This document shows positions 11,431-24,060 of a stretch of 64,000 bases of DNA, in pieces. Origin of the DNA: Octopus sinensis (Eukaryota); assembly GCF_006345805.1 (NCBI RefSeq), contig NC_043011.1:19790464-19854463 (forward strand), written 5' to 3'. Numbering within the stretch: the stretch's first letter is position 1; every line of letters begins with the position of its first letter. The notes under the pieces are model-generated. The model was not told where the DNA came from and ran no database searches. It saw only the letters and a program-made list of their open reading frames with translations. The position numbers and the translations under genes are program-made.

Positions 11431-14400
11431 TACGTATTTCTATACATGCTCGCATACATTTGGATATCTACTAACATATTTTTATATATTTCTATTTCTA
11501 TGCATATTTCTATAATTATATACACATAAACGTATGTATACATGCATTTTTATATTAATAAACACGTATATGTTCATTTACATAAATATATATGCGAGGG
11601 CGGTTATTTGTCAGTGTATGTGTGTTTGTCGGCGTTGATGCCCATGTCTATACCAATGTGTATATAAACGCAGATACGCTTACTCGAATAAATTATATTC
11701 ATATATATTCATAAATTTATCAAATACATGTTTATTTGAATAAGAAATAAACCATCATTCGTGGAAGAATTGTCGAATTGTTGTGTAGTTCTATACCATG
11801 ATTAATGGCTAAATACGCATAAAAGTACGCGCATCCGTATGCTACATCTGAGCATGCACACGTACATACATACATATAAACGTAGATGTGTGTGTGTGTG
11901 TTTGTGTGTTCGTGTGTGTGTCTGTATGTGTGTGTGTCAATGGATGTTTTTGCTTAAGGAAATATCTATGTCATATCTTATTTAATTAGGAAAACATGTT
12001 TTGTTTAAAGACCTGAATTAATCATAATGTTTTTTTATTGTTTCCTCAATGAAAAGCATTTCTAATTCCCTCAAATGTAGAAAAGCAAAGAAAATAAAAA
12101 GTATCTGTTTATACTTATATAAAATTTTCTGAGTCGAATAGTCTTTCATTAGGAAATCAGTTACTTGAAATGATTAATCTATTTCTATATTAATACAGTC
12201 AATAAGCGTATAAATCGCGATATATTTGAACCGTTTTAATATTATTGAAAAAAACAAAGATTCTAATTTCATCAACAATAAATTGGCCTACCGACGAATC
12301 CCGATCTGGTCGTTCATTTCTTGAATTGAAGCTTCACATTTAGCTTCAGTTAACAATTTCAGGGTAGCATTCATTTATTCTGGCAAATGTTTGGTTAAAC
12401 AGTTGATTGTGCACTATTAAAATATTCAGAAGCGAACAATGATTTGCTTTATCTTTATTTTTTCTCTGTGTTATGAGTTTTAAGATTCATAGTCTCTCTG
12501 TGTCCTTTGAACTAATAAATTAAAAGCTCCAGAGCTACTGTGGGAATATAAATTTGTTATTGTTACAGTCATACAAGTAATTCGATCTCCCATTGAAAAT
12601 ATTTATTTCTTTGATGTTATTTAATAAATTATTTGTAATTTATTTCAATGTAGTCGTTTCAAAATGAATCCTAAATGAAATTAACATTTGTGTCGTTGTA
12701 TAGGCCCTCGTGTTACTGAATGTACTACTACTTTGATCAAAAGCATTCAAACCATCGAATCGCCTTTAGTCATCATATCCCATCAGTGTAACCTTGGATA
12801 TCATCTTTATTGAGCGTAGGATGTGAGAGAATTTTGACTGATGTATCTAGAAATTCGAACCATTTACTAGAATGTCATTCGTTGCTTGGACATGTCGTTT
12901 AGTTATATTCCAGTGCTGGCTGTGTCTCTCGGTTTGAATTTAGATTTGTATCTGGCAGAGTTTTTCATGCAACGCTAAATATAAGTTACTTCATAGTTAA
13001 CACTATTGTTATATACTTACCTAACTGTCAATTATTGTAAACTTGAACACAGATTTATGTATCTTGCAGCAGGTATTTCGTGGATAATTGGAACCTAATA
13101 TATTTTCATCAGAAATTACACTTCTGCTATACACAGCTAAAAATATTGCAGGCTAAATTTAAATTTTTAAAATAGAATTAAAGTGATAAAATATTTATTA
13201 CAATCAGTATGTGGTTATTTTAAAACGGTGTAGTAAAATATTTCTAACAAAACTTGTTTATTTAATTGTAGGTGTTGTAAATTTTTGATTAGACGTTCTC
13301 TATTCTTCATAGAATTAATATTAACGGAATGCGCTAAGTTCCTTGCAACCATTTATTCACAATAACCTGATATATTTCAAACTATATATCTCCATATTAT
13401 TCCAAATTCAATTAGAATTTCAGTAAATATGGCCTGTCCTTTTCTTAAATAATTTATCACCCCCTTCCTGTATTCAACACAGCACTTGTCTTCATATATT
13501 TCAATGTTTACCATTCAATACAAAATGGTGAAAATTAGCTAAATATTGCGAAATATGTACCTCTCCATATCTTGTTCAGTCATTCACAAAGTTGATTATC
13601 GGTTCTTTAGAAAACAGATTCGTGTAATTACCTTTTGTTCAATTAATTGAATTAGAAAACCGTTGTTGACCAAAGAAATCGATAATAAAAGTCATGTTAA
13701 ATTACTGAGATGTGTTTCAATCAATCCTCTTCAATTAATAATATAACCAATTAACAAGATCTCCCACACATATCTTCGAAATGCTTCGTTAAAATTGAAC
13801 CGCTGTTTAATTAACTCGATGGCTGTTTCACCACTCAATCACTGTTAATTGCACATTTAATTTAGGTGATATGTCTTGTGTGAAATTGGTTTTTGTTGCT
13901 GAAAATATTTCATCTTGTTCCATTTACAGACAAAGAAGTCGATGCTGTTTATGCTATTTGTGGCATACTTTTTTTTGAATTCATGATTTATAATCTTTCA
14001 TCTTTATTTCAATTTTGTTTGTTTCTTTAATCAAACAGATGACTGCGCATCACACAAGAACATTTCTCCTGGTTCCACTTATCTCAAAATAACCGAACAG
14101 CTCTTCATCACGGCTGGATGCAAAACCGAATTGACGTTCTAGAAATATTTGTGTGAGAATGTTGAATAAGGGTCATATCAGAATTGTTGTTTTGCGTTCT
14201 CTTCATTATTTTTGTCTCAGAGAACAGTTTACCAACATATCCAATCTAGTGGCAAAACGAAGATATCTGTGTGCTATTAATACCATAACTCTTCAGTTTT
14301 AACTCTTGTACTTTAGTGATTTAAGTGAAACGAGGAAATATATTTATTGTGAAGGTAGAACATCCAGACAAGCAAGTATGGAAAAGTCATTTGTGTACAG

Positions 14401-14927
14401 GTAAGCTGTCGAAATAATGAAGAGAGACTAGTGTACATGTAATACAGTTGAAGGAGTTCACACACAGCCGTACCAGTGGAGAGAGTAATCTGTTGCCTTC
14501 AATAGTTAGTATGGTGAGAGGTGTAATGCCAGAATCATTAAAACAATGAACAAAATGGTTTATGATATTTAAGTACGTTAGTTTAACTTCTCAAGTTAAA
14601 TAAATTCTGGATCAATAAAATAAGAGTCAGGAAAAAGTGCTGATGGTATATAAACGATATACAAACAATTTCAGCCATTGCAAAATATATGCACTTGAGA
14701 TGCTTACAATAAAAAACACAAAGTGACAAAGAATATATAAACTAACTGTACTAAAGCATTCCTCAGACGCGACTGAGATTTACGTATACGTTTTAACGAA
14801 TGGTATACAGTAAATAAGTGAATGCTTCTTATGTGAAACTCTGGTAATTAAATGTATAAGAATATAGTAAATTTTATAACAAAGCATTCTAAGTATTTAT
14901 ATCGTTTCAGTAAGTTATGAGATTATA

Positions 14928-15499
14928 TTGGGTTGTCCGGAAACTTCGCCGATTTATAGTAGCTTACCTTTCGACATATTTTAGAACATGTTTGAGTCCA
15001 TAAAATAGTATTTGTCTACACCTCCATTTAGAGCACAGTTTAAGCTATCTTTTCGTGGAAGAAGGTTTATGTTCCTAATAACCTGTATTAATTCTGTAAC
15101 CCTTTAAAATGGAAGATGAGAAAGTTCATTTTCAGCACTTGATGTTTTTCTTTTTCCATAAAGGGAAAAATGTCTCACTAGCAACCAAAGAAATATGCGC
15201 AGTTTACGGTGATGTTTCTTTATCCGAAAGAACTGTACGGAAGTAGTCGCCAGGTTCGGAGCTGGAGATTGTAGCCTTATTGATAAAGAACGATCAGACA
15301 GACTATCCACTACAGATGATGACCAAATCAAGTCATTAGTTGAAAATAACTCACATTGCACAACCCGAGAATTGGCAGAAAGCCTCAACCTATCAACATC
15401 CGTCGTTCATAAACACCTGGTAAAGCTTGGGTAATGGGAAGTATTTATTGACCTTTTTCTTTCTTTTAAAAGTCGGCACGAACTTTCCGGACGACCCAA
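14928..15499 (+). mobile_element. Internally deleted mariner (non-autonomous) with intact TIRs and TA target duplication
   Basis: TA|ttgggttgtccggaaacttcgccgattt ... aaagtcggcacgaactttccggacgacccaa|TA. The interior encodes the transposase N-terminus: MEDEKVHFQHLMF...ATKEICAVYGDVSLSERTVRK...DKERSDRLSTTDDDQIKSLVENNSHCTTRELAESLNLS. The catalytic domain is deleted. Confidence 0.92.
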
Positions 15500-15851
15500 T
15501 ACTTATATAGTCCAGATGTTTCAGAAAATATTCTAGAATAGTAAGAGCAAAAGTAAAGTGATATTGATATAAAACTGCAAAAAGCTGAATCATATACTAC
15601 TAGTGTGCAATATCAGAACGAGAGCAACATGTAAGACGGAGAACTGTGAATTTAGTGCATGTCCATACGCAGTAAGAGATTTCGCGAATAATACGTTGTG
15701 CTTTTTTTTACTTTTGTGTGTATGTGTGATTGCAACTAAAACCTTTCTAAAACAACAAAAATAGTGATATGGTGTGAGCAAGGGAATACACTACGGCAAC
15801 CAGTTCCTATGTGTATGTGTGTGTGTCTATGCGTGCATGTATATATATATA

Positions 15852-16069
15852 TTTCTTTACTGCCCACAAGGGGCTAAACACAGAGGGAACAAACAAGGAC
15901 AAACGGATTAAGTCGATTATATCGACCCCAGTACTGGTACTTAATTTATCGACCCCGAAAGGATGAAAGGCAAAGTGGACCTCGGCGGAATTTGAACTCA
16001 GAACGTAACGACAGACGAAATACCGCTAAGCATTTCGCCCGGCGTGCTAACGTTTCTGCCAGCTCGCCG
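15852..16069 (-). mobile_element. tRNA-derived SINE family B, full length, with LINE-like 3' tail
   Basis: Minus-strand head ggcgagctggcagaaacgttagc (A box) and gagttcaaattcc (B box), core gcctttcatcctttcggggtcgataaattaagtaccag, tail ccctctgtgtttagccccttgtgggcagtaaagaaa. Confidence 0.9.
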
Positions 16070-16123
16070 ACTTTACAACCGTATTATAGATGGTTGGAAC
16101 TTGCGTGCATGTATGCATATATG

Positions 16124-16187
16124 CGTACGTATGCATGATTGTATGAGATTAGGCACGTACGTATGCATGATTATATGAGATTAGGCA
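16124..16187. repeat. 32-bp tandem duplication
   Basis: cgtacgtatgcatgatt(g/a)tatgagattaggca x2. Confidence 0.9.
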
Positions 16188-17719
16188 CGAATGTATGATT
16201 GTATGTATACATGTATATGAGATTATCATCGTTGGTAGTCTTCAGCAGAGTTATCATGGAGCGAAACACCATCAAGCACAGCTCGTTTTCTCATCAACTG
16301 TTTACAACTTTCTCCTGCTAAGTTATGCTGCTGTTATCTCTACTCATGACAAAATCCATTTAAATTCTATACTATACTATACAGAAATAAATATATTTAA
16401 TTTGCTTTTCTTGATGTTTAAGCGTACTCTAAGGAAATGCTAGCGAGCTTCCCAATATTTGTTAGTCGTTTGACTTGAGTCAAACGAAGTAAGGAAAGAT
16501 TAAGTGACTTGTAAAAGGACAAAGCACTCCGACCTCCTGGGAACATAACCCACAATCTAACATTCGTGTGCATGGCACACAAACTAGTAGGACACACGCT
16601 TTTATATATGTATAGTAGTTCAATTATTATTTCTGTCATAAAAGTTGATTACAAAACTACTTACGTAACTTCTTTATTAAATAGTGTAAACCCCACATAG
16701 ATTAAATGTGTCATTCATCTTTTTTACAGTTGATAAATGGGACCGATGGTTTTGTTTCATTGCACTCATCATAAAATTGCTGGCATTGTGCCAAATTTTG
16801 ATGGCTGTAGATGGTTGGAACTGCACAGAAATCATGAAAGGAAATTAGTTTCAAAATAGGTTTATTCTACTATTTTATATGTAAATCGAGGCAAGTAGTC
16901 TTTCCCGTTCTTGGTAAATGCGAGAAAACAACATTTACTTTAATAATTATCGTATAAATTAGGAAAAATTAATTTATATTGTAAAGATTTAAAGAAGTTT
17001 TGTTTCTTTTTCTTTGTTTCTTTTTCAAACGGCAGACACGTTTTTAATGTGTACCTTCATCTCCCTTCATTTTTCAAATTTTGTTGCACTCTGTATCTGA
17101 TGTCTCTTACTACACAAACCATTCAGCATGGAAATCAACGTAGAACTGAGTATATAATTGATGATAATATAGTTTTCAGTCTGAAATGTAATTCCCAGAG
17201 TAAGTAACGTAATACGAAAAAGATATCAGTAAATGTGTGTTTGTCTTTAAAACGTCGAACAAAACGTGTAACATCTTACCAAGTGCAAAGGAATTCCATC
17301 CTTACCTGGGTCTTGTTCTCGAGCTTCTAATTATCCTCAGCTAATTCAACACTAACAACTGACAGTTCAGTTGGAATCAAAATGTACTGGGGGTATATTT
17401 CAGCATTAATCGATGCTTTCTCTAATTACTAAGAATGGTAACGATATCTTCCAAGCCAATTATTCTAAATTCGAAATATACCACACACCATTACCCACAC
17501 ATCCACAAAATCACCAATACCATCACCACACATACTACTATATGAGCTGCCACCCACTGTTTAACTCAGTACATGCACCACACACCATCATGCACACTCC
17601 CGCACCCACACAAGTATAAATAATATATAAACACACAATATATAGACACACAAGTAACACGCATAAACACACGCATAGACAAAGATAACTCTCGTCCACA
17701 AATATACACTACGCACATG

Positions 17720-17895
17720 CACACACCGTTTGACATCTAGTGTTGGTGCGTTTACGCTTCCGTTCGGAAAAAGCGAACGATAGAATAATTATCATGTTTA
17801 AAAAACAAGTACTGGAGTAGATTCGGTCGGCTAAAATTCTTCAAAGCGGTGCCCCATCATGACTACAGTCTTATGATTGATTCAAGTAAAAGATA
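17720..17895 (+). mobile_element. Degenerate SINE family A, 3' half
   Basis: gttggtgcgtttacg..gttcggaaaaagcgaacgatagaataa...aagcggtgcccc..catg...aagtaaaaga. Confidence 0.65.
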
Positions 17896-18198
17896 TGGAA
17901 TGAAGGCATGTTGAAGCTAATATCGATTCTTCGATTCTGTTAACACAACAACTCTCTGAGGGCTTCTAAAAGTCAGAACTACTTCCTTCATTCCCTACCT
18001 AATTGGAAAATAAAAGGTGTTTAAATACATGAACGCCATCTGGTATGTTAACTGCATACAATATTAACAAAAATGTATTCTGCATAATTAAGATTAAGTG
18101 TAGGTTTACTTGAATAAACAGATATGACAATTCATGTATATGTGAATATCTGCTAATATAGGCAGACATTTGTGTATGCCTTTAGAGATATGTGATAC

Positions 18199-18242
<44 letters not shown>

Positions 18243-18276
18243 CATATGTATATATATATATATATGTATATATATA

Positions 18277-18475
18277 GGGAGAGTTTACGAAAAAGCAGCA
18301 AAAGACGAAGACAGGTGGTGTACAAAACAAACACATGTATTAGTATAACGCTCAGGAATAGAAAAAGTCTTTTACGTTTCAAGCCTACGCTCTTCTACAA
18401 AAAGGGACGCAGAAAACAAGGAGAAAAAAAAAGGAGAGAAAATATGTGTGTAGTGGCTAACGATCTATCATGGCA
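18277..18475 (-). mobile_element. Short repeat fragment embedded in (TA)n with a hammerhead-like fold; probable Penelope pLTR remnant
   Basis: Minus strand: cttt-ttgtaga-a-gagc/gtag/gctt-gaaa-cg-ta-aaag, i.e. stem I, stem II, GAAA and a minimal stem III, but the core is non-canonical. Confidence 0.45.
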
Positions 18476-18506
18476 ACTCATGACGCAATATATATATATA
18501 TACACA

Positions 18507-18548
<42 letters not shown>

Positions 18549-20109
18549 CATATATACATATATATATATACATGTATGTATGTATGTATGTATGCACACA
18601 TACATACACAAATATAGATAGATTCATACATACGCATATTTAAATATACATTTGTGCGTGTGTGTGTCTGCGTGCCGTGTATGTGTGTGTGTGACTGTGT
18701 GTGTGTGTGTGTGTGCATGTGTATACACATTAAAATGCAAATCGCTATTATACTGAAACGTAGTCAACATGTCGGATCTGGAGATAGGAGCTAATTAGTT
18801 TTACTGTTACCCAACTATTTCTCATTGCAGCAACTTTACTGCAATTCTATTGAATAAAGTCGTGTATGAAGCAGAACATTTCTACAATTTGCTAAAAAGA
18901 TCGGTTAATATCTTATAACTTGATGCAAATTGATTCAACGCCAACATGTCAGGAGCCGAAGAAGCTAGAAACGCTATGTAAAATGAATAGTCATTTAATA
19001 CCATCGGAATATCAATTTGTAAATTATTTCTTTACAAAAGCGAATGTAAACATACAATATTCAATAAAGAACTAACATGTGTGTGTTACTGTGATTTTAC
19101 GCATGCTGCGAAATTCTTTTTCTAGCATCTTTTATGCAGGAATGCTAATCCCCATTATTTATGTACATTCGAAATATCTCCTGCGCACCGTTGTAATGTA
19201 TTACGTATCTTTTATAAATCAAAGCTTAAATAACAAAATCAAGAAAATATATAATCTCAACGAAAACACAATTCCGTTCATTTTCATTCGATAGTTTCGT
19301 GAAAAGGAAATAATATGAGCTGAATGTTGAAAGCACAACGTTTGCCAGTCAACAAAGTAAACCCTTTACAATCGTTCGATCAGCTAGAAATAGCAACCAT
19401 CACTGTTCCAGCTTAGAAAAGTAATACCAACCCAATCATTGATAGTTTCACTGGTCTTTTCAAATGAGATATTATGTTTACTTTTAGGCTTTAGAGGTTT
19501 AATAATTCTGTTCACTGTTTAGATATTACGGAAATATCAGTACTGAGTTGAAACAGGTTATTAAGATGCTAACAATACGTTAAGCTGTAAGTTCAATTAT
19601 TTCCTTATTTTCTTTCAGTGTATCGGGCTTTTGGATTTTGAAATATGCCTATTGTGTTTTCAGTCTCAAGTCGGAGAGATGTGTATCTAAGTTAGGATAT
19701 AAATGCTTGAAAGCAGGGAAGATATGAAAGTATTGCTTCAAGCTGTGTACTTCCTATAACGTTTAATATTCCTATAACTTTTACTATTGCGGTTTTTATG
19801 CCAGAATACTATTGTCTTTCAGATGATCCCAATGCACCGACCGCAATAGGTAACGCAGGCATTTTGGGGGCTTTGAAATTGCGTTTCACTACGAATACTT
19901 GGTCTTTGTACTTCTCGTTTTTCCTGCATCCTCTGCATTTGGCTTAAACCTCTGAAACCAATTGGGTTGATTGTAGATTTTAGAATATTTTTTTGAGTTG
20001 TTTAGCTCAACTCCTTGGCGAGGTAATGAACCAGAATGTTTTATGAATAGAATCAAAGTTAATCCGTCAGAATATTTTTACAGAATTCTTTCCTGAATTA
20101 TACATCGGT

Positions 20110-20320
20110 TTCAAAACTTAGCACAATGCCTGCAATTTTAGGGGCGGGAGTAAGTGGATCATATTGATCCCAGTGCTCGACTGGTACTCATTTCATCGAA
20201 CCCGCAAGGGTGAAAGTCGAAGTCCACCACGCACACAAAATCGGAACACAAAACGTAAAGACGGATGAAATGCCCCTAAGAAGTTTGACCGGAATGATAG
20301 TGATTCTGCCATCTCTACTT
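20110..20320 (-). mobile_element. Degenerate SINE family B copy
   Basis: actggtactcatttcatcgaacccgcaagggtgaaagtcgaagtc...aacgtaaagacggatgaaatgcc. Confidence 0.7.
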
Positions 20321-20495
20321 TCTCTGAATTATTTATTGTGTGATAATAAGCAGTCACTCGTTAAAGATGAGGATATTAATAGTGAGATGGAATCTCGAGA
20401 AGACGATAATTATGCAGTAAGACGGCATGACAAAAGCTAATACTTAAGATTTCAGTAAATTCATATTAGATTTAAATTTATGGACACGTGAAATA

Positions 20496-20789
20496 TGCCC
20501 ACGGGCATATGGCGTAGTGGTGAAGAGCGCGGGTTACTAACCCCAAGATTCCGAGTTCGATTCCAAGCAGTGATCTGAACAACAACGATAGTAATGATAA
20601 TAATAATAATAAGAAGAAGAAGAACAACAATAATAATAATAATAATAACATCGAAGAATACCTTAGGAATGAGAACGCAGGTTCGAATTTTCCCCAAGAC
20701 ACCTGAAGAGCCTGGAGGGTATATCAGCCGAAACGTTGTGTTAACAACAAACAAGATGCGGACAAATATCCGTCGAATGTAAATAATGT
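20496..20789 (+). mobile_element. tRNA-headed small retroelement with (AAT)n spacer and 3' hammerhead motif; 10-bp TSD
   Basis: Flanking direct repeat acgtgaaata at 20486-20495 and 20790-20799. A box tggcgtagtgg, B box gagttcgattcc, (AAT)/(AAG)/(AAC) tract, hammerhead at 20698-20742. A second copy lies at 37107-37492. Confidence 0.85.
20698..20742 (+). ncRNA. Minimal type I hammerhead ribozyme motif
   Basis: gacac-CTGAAGA-gcctg/gagggtatat/cagcc-GAAA-cg-TT-gtgtt. Stem I is gacac:gtgtt, stem II has one mismatch, and the loopless stem III is palindromic (aacgtt). Confidence 0.7.
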
Positions 20790-22829
20790 ACGTGAAATAC
20801 TTGTTATTTAAAGCAACATAGATTTGTATTCGTAGCAATAGTTGTTTTGGGTCATCATACCAGGAGCTGCATTTTGTCGGCTGTAAATAAGAATCATGAT
20901 GTTTTCTATGCATATTGGAAATATTGTGTAGGTCATAATACCGTCAAATTTGTCCTCCGTTACTTATTACGACGGTATGCGCGGAGTAGCACCTTTTGTT
21001 GATATTTGATGTTTATTTGTATGTTGTTCCTTAGTGTTCAAAGAGTGATTCGCAGAAATGTACGAAATCATGTAGCAACCCTTATCGCTTCCACCTGAGG
21101 TATGTTGCTGCATTTCTGTGCAAGATACCTTTGACTGGGCAGCATGTGGAAGATGAAGAAGACGACAACGAGGAATTTTATTCGCACAATGTGAATGTTG
21201 CATGAAGGAAAATCAGACATGTCATTTTCCATAAAGCGCAAAATGTTTGGTGAAGTGATAAGGGTTGCCGGAATGTCGATTCAAGAGTTTTCTATCGATT
21301 CCTATTACGGTGGAGAATTCTGAAGGAAAACGTCTTAACCAAATGATGAAAGACGGATAGAGTATATAAGTGTGAAACATAATTCTTGTGGCAGGCAGAT
21401 TCTAGGGCTTGCTAATTTCAGTTTTCTTGTTCCGTTTTCTTTCTTTTGTTTTTGCTAGTTCTCTCAAGTTTGAGAATTTAGTGTTATGTGACGGAAAATA
21501 GCAAGTAGCCAGCAGATTTGTATCAAGGAATGACATTCCAGTAGTTAATACTAAACGCACTTGACACAGCATCCACGTGTACGTATTTGTTTTGAAACAT
21601 GATAAAGTGGCATTTCAGTTGACACGTGCAGAGTTCAACGAAGAGGAGGAGGACGGGGAGGAGGAGGTAAGTCGCATTTTTTCGATTATTGATTGTGTGT
21701 GAAACGTGACGATGCTGAAGGATAATTGACGCGGAATATTCGGCTTGAGCAACTAAACCAAAAATGTAAAAACCACAGTGGTACCGACCATGTGCCAGAG
21801 ATGATCTGATTATATTCTCAACTCGAAATCACTCTTGTGAATATGTTTTTGTCGCTGCTGCTGCTGTTGTTATTGTTTAGCGCGTTACTATTCTAATGGA
21901 ACACACCAATAATCAAAGAGTTACATTGCAATTATCTCGTCATAATTTTATGAAGAAGTTAAATATATCATTCACTATGTCCTACTCTATTTAAAATCTA
22001 AGCGATTGGCTGGCGATTGTCTAACAAATAGCTCATTCTAGCGTTTTGAGTAGAGTGTATAAAACAGGTATTGGATAAATTGTGAAGACACGTTAATGGT
22101 TGTGTGAACAAAAACTGACAGGCAAGTGAGCTATGGTTAGTCAAATAAAATCTACAGTATATTCCACACGCGTCTCTATACAGAAAGAAATGTTCATGAA
22201 TTATTATAAGGAAATTAGTTCTTAAAAATCTACGACGCCTAGAATTTCAATACGTCTTATTTTAAATTATTCGTGATAATATTTAGAACATAAAACATAC
22301 AGCAGGCGCCCTTTCGCTTGGAACATGTTGAGATTCCAATTATTTTATGTTACCAAAGTTACAGAAAATTTTGAAGTAAAAAAAGATTTCTATATTTCTT
22401 TTTTCTTCGGAGATATCTAACTCTACATGACAATATAGAGATATCAAGTTTATTCAATCTACAACATACACGAAAATATATTGTGTTTAAATAAATATAT
22501 GTTCAAAAATTTATGAATATGATATTATGTAGACATATATCATTAATCACAATGCATCTGTTTATGAATATAAATTCTAAGGAAGCTTCCATATAAGTTA
22601 ATCCTTTAAGAATATAATGAAAAAATGGTATTTCAAATTTTGATAAAATTATTTTGAGAAAATTTAAGGAAGCGACATATTGTCTTTCTGTTCCTGGGGT
22701 TAAATTATTTCACAACATATTTATAAATTTCATTTCAATAAAGAAAATTATACAACATATAAACAATATATGTGTTATGTTTATCTTTCATTTTCAATAA
22801 ATTTATCTCAACTTAGTGATTTCACTAGA

Positions 22830-24060
22830 TCGGCCTGCTGGGCGGGGAGGTGTCGTGGTCCTCATCAAGGTGGTGTTGAAACTGCAGTTAAGAACATCTC
22901 TGTGGTCCCGGAAGGTAGGGCGGTCATCCTGGATGTGATGCATCCTGATGGCTGTCTACGCTCCTTGTAGAGCGGGACAGTCAGACTTTTTTCGAAGACT
23001 AAAGCGTTTTCTAGGCACATCACACACTTTAGTGTTGTTAGGTGACTTTAACACGATCTGCCATGCACGCATACATTGTGTGGGCTCGAACCCAAATAAG
23101 AGGGGTAACTCATGCCTCAGTGATCTGGTCAGTTATGTATATATTTTTTTATTGCCCACAAGGGGTTAAACATAGAGGACAAACAAAGACAGACAAAGGG
23201 ATTAAGTTGACTACATCGACACCAGTGCGTAACTGGTACTTTATTTATCGACCCCGAAAGGATGAAAGGCTAAGTCGACCTCGCCGGAATTTGAACTCAG
23301 AACGTAACGGCAGGCGAAATACGGCTACGCATTTCGCCCGGTGTGCTAACGATTCTGCCATCTCGCCGCCCTGGTCAGTCATTTATAGACTAGAATTTCC
23401 GGACGCTCCAGTGTGAACATTGACTAATAGCGACGGATCTTCGAGGTCATACATAGACATGATTATTATTTGGCGTCTAGAATAAGACTTAGCCAGTTGT
23501 CCACAATTTCACTACGTTTGCTGCGGTGATCACAAATGTGTGACCTGTAGACTTGCCTTAGATATAGTACGTAGACAGTGGGCCGGATATTGTAAATTTA
23601 ACAAGTCACTAGTGGACTGTGAAGATTACGGGAGTCGGATTAAGCAATTAGTAATGAGGGTATTAACCGGTACCATTATTAATAACAAATGATGGTATAC
23701 CCTCAAAAGAGCCATCAAGTGTGAGTCGGTTATGGTTAATAAAGAGCTAGCAAGTACGAAGAATAGAATAGAAAGGGATTTGGTTAAGGCATAAGATAGG
23801 GTATTGAGGAATAACAATGCATACCAAGTGTTGGCTGCGAGATTGGCGTTAAACCAACACCACGAGGCTAAACACGAGGAATGCCTTGTCAGATTTTGGC
23901 TCCGTGCAATGGGACGAGAGGGAATCAATGCTATCCGACGTGCCTGTGTGGTGGAGACTCAATGTGCCAACGATGTCCCAATTCGGTCTATGATGGACCA
24001 ATATGAGCGTACGGTAAACGAACCCGTGGAGATGTGTAAGGTTTTTCACGAGCTGGAGGC
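22830..24060 (+). mobile_element. Decayed L1/Tx1 ORF2 fragment (endonuclease plus linker), related to the 41-47 kb element
   Basis: ORFs show PEGRAVILDV, AVYAP...DFFRRLKRFLGTSHTLVLLGDFN and LAARLALNQHHEAKHEECLVR, paralleling PEGRLVVLDI, AVYAPS..DFFRRLESFMGTSRPLLLVGDWN and LAARLALDQHLNAKHEGCVVR in the 41-47 kb copy. Confidence 0.9.
23142..23370 (-). mobile_element. SINE family B inserted into the decayed LINE, with TSD
   Basis: Full head, core and tail. Flanked by ctggtcagttatgtata (23125-23141) and ctggtcagtcatttata (23371-23387), a 15/17 match. Confidence 0.92.

Noticed and set aside
13070-13115. Minus-strand CTGATGA...GAAA
   Set aside because: No convincing stem I, stem II or cleavage triplet.
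14039-14142. Possible + strand terminal exon after a good acceptor (DCASHKNISPG...ELTF*)
   Set aside because: Short, no recognisable homology, and not linkable to other exons by eye.
20503-20577. Possible tRNA gene (also 37340-37412 on the minus strand)
   Set aside because: A and B boxes are present, but the acceptor and T stems do not pair properly, and it lies inside a TSD-flanked repeat. It is a SINE-type head.
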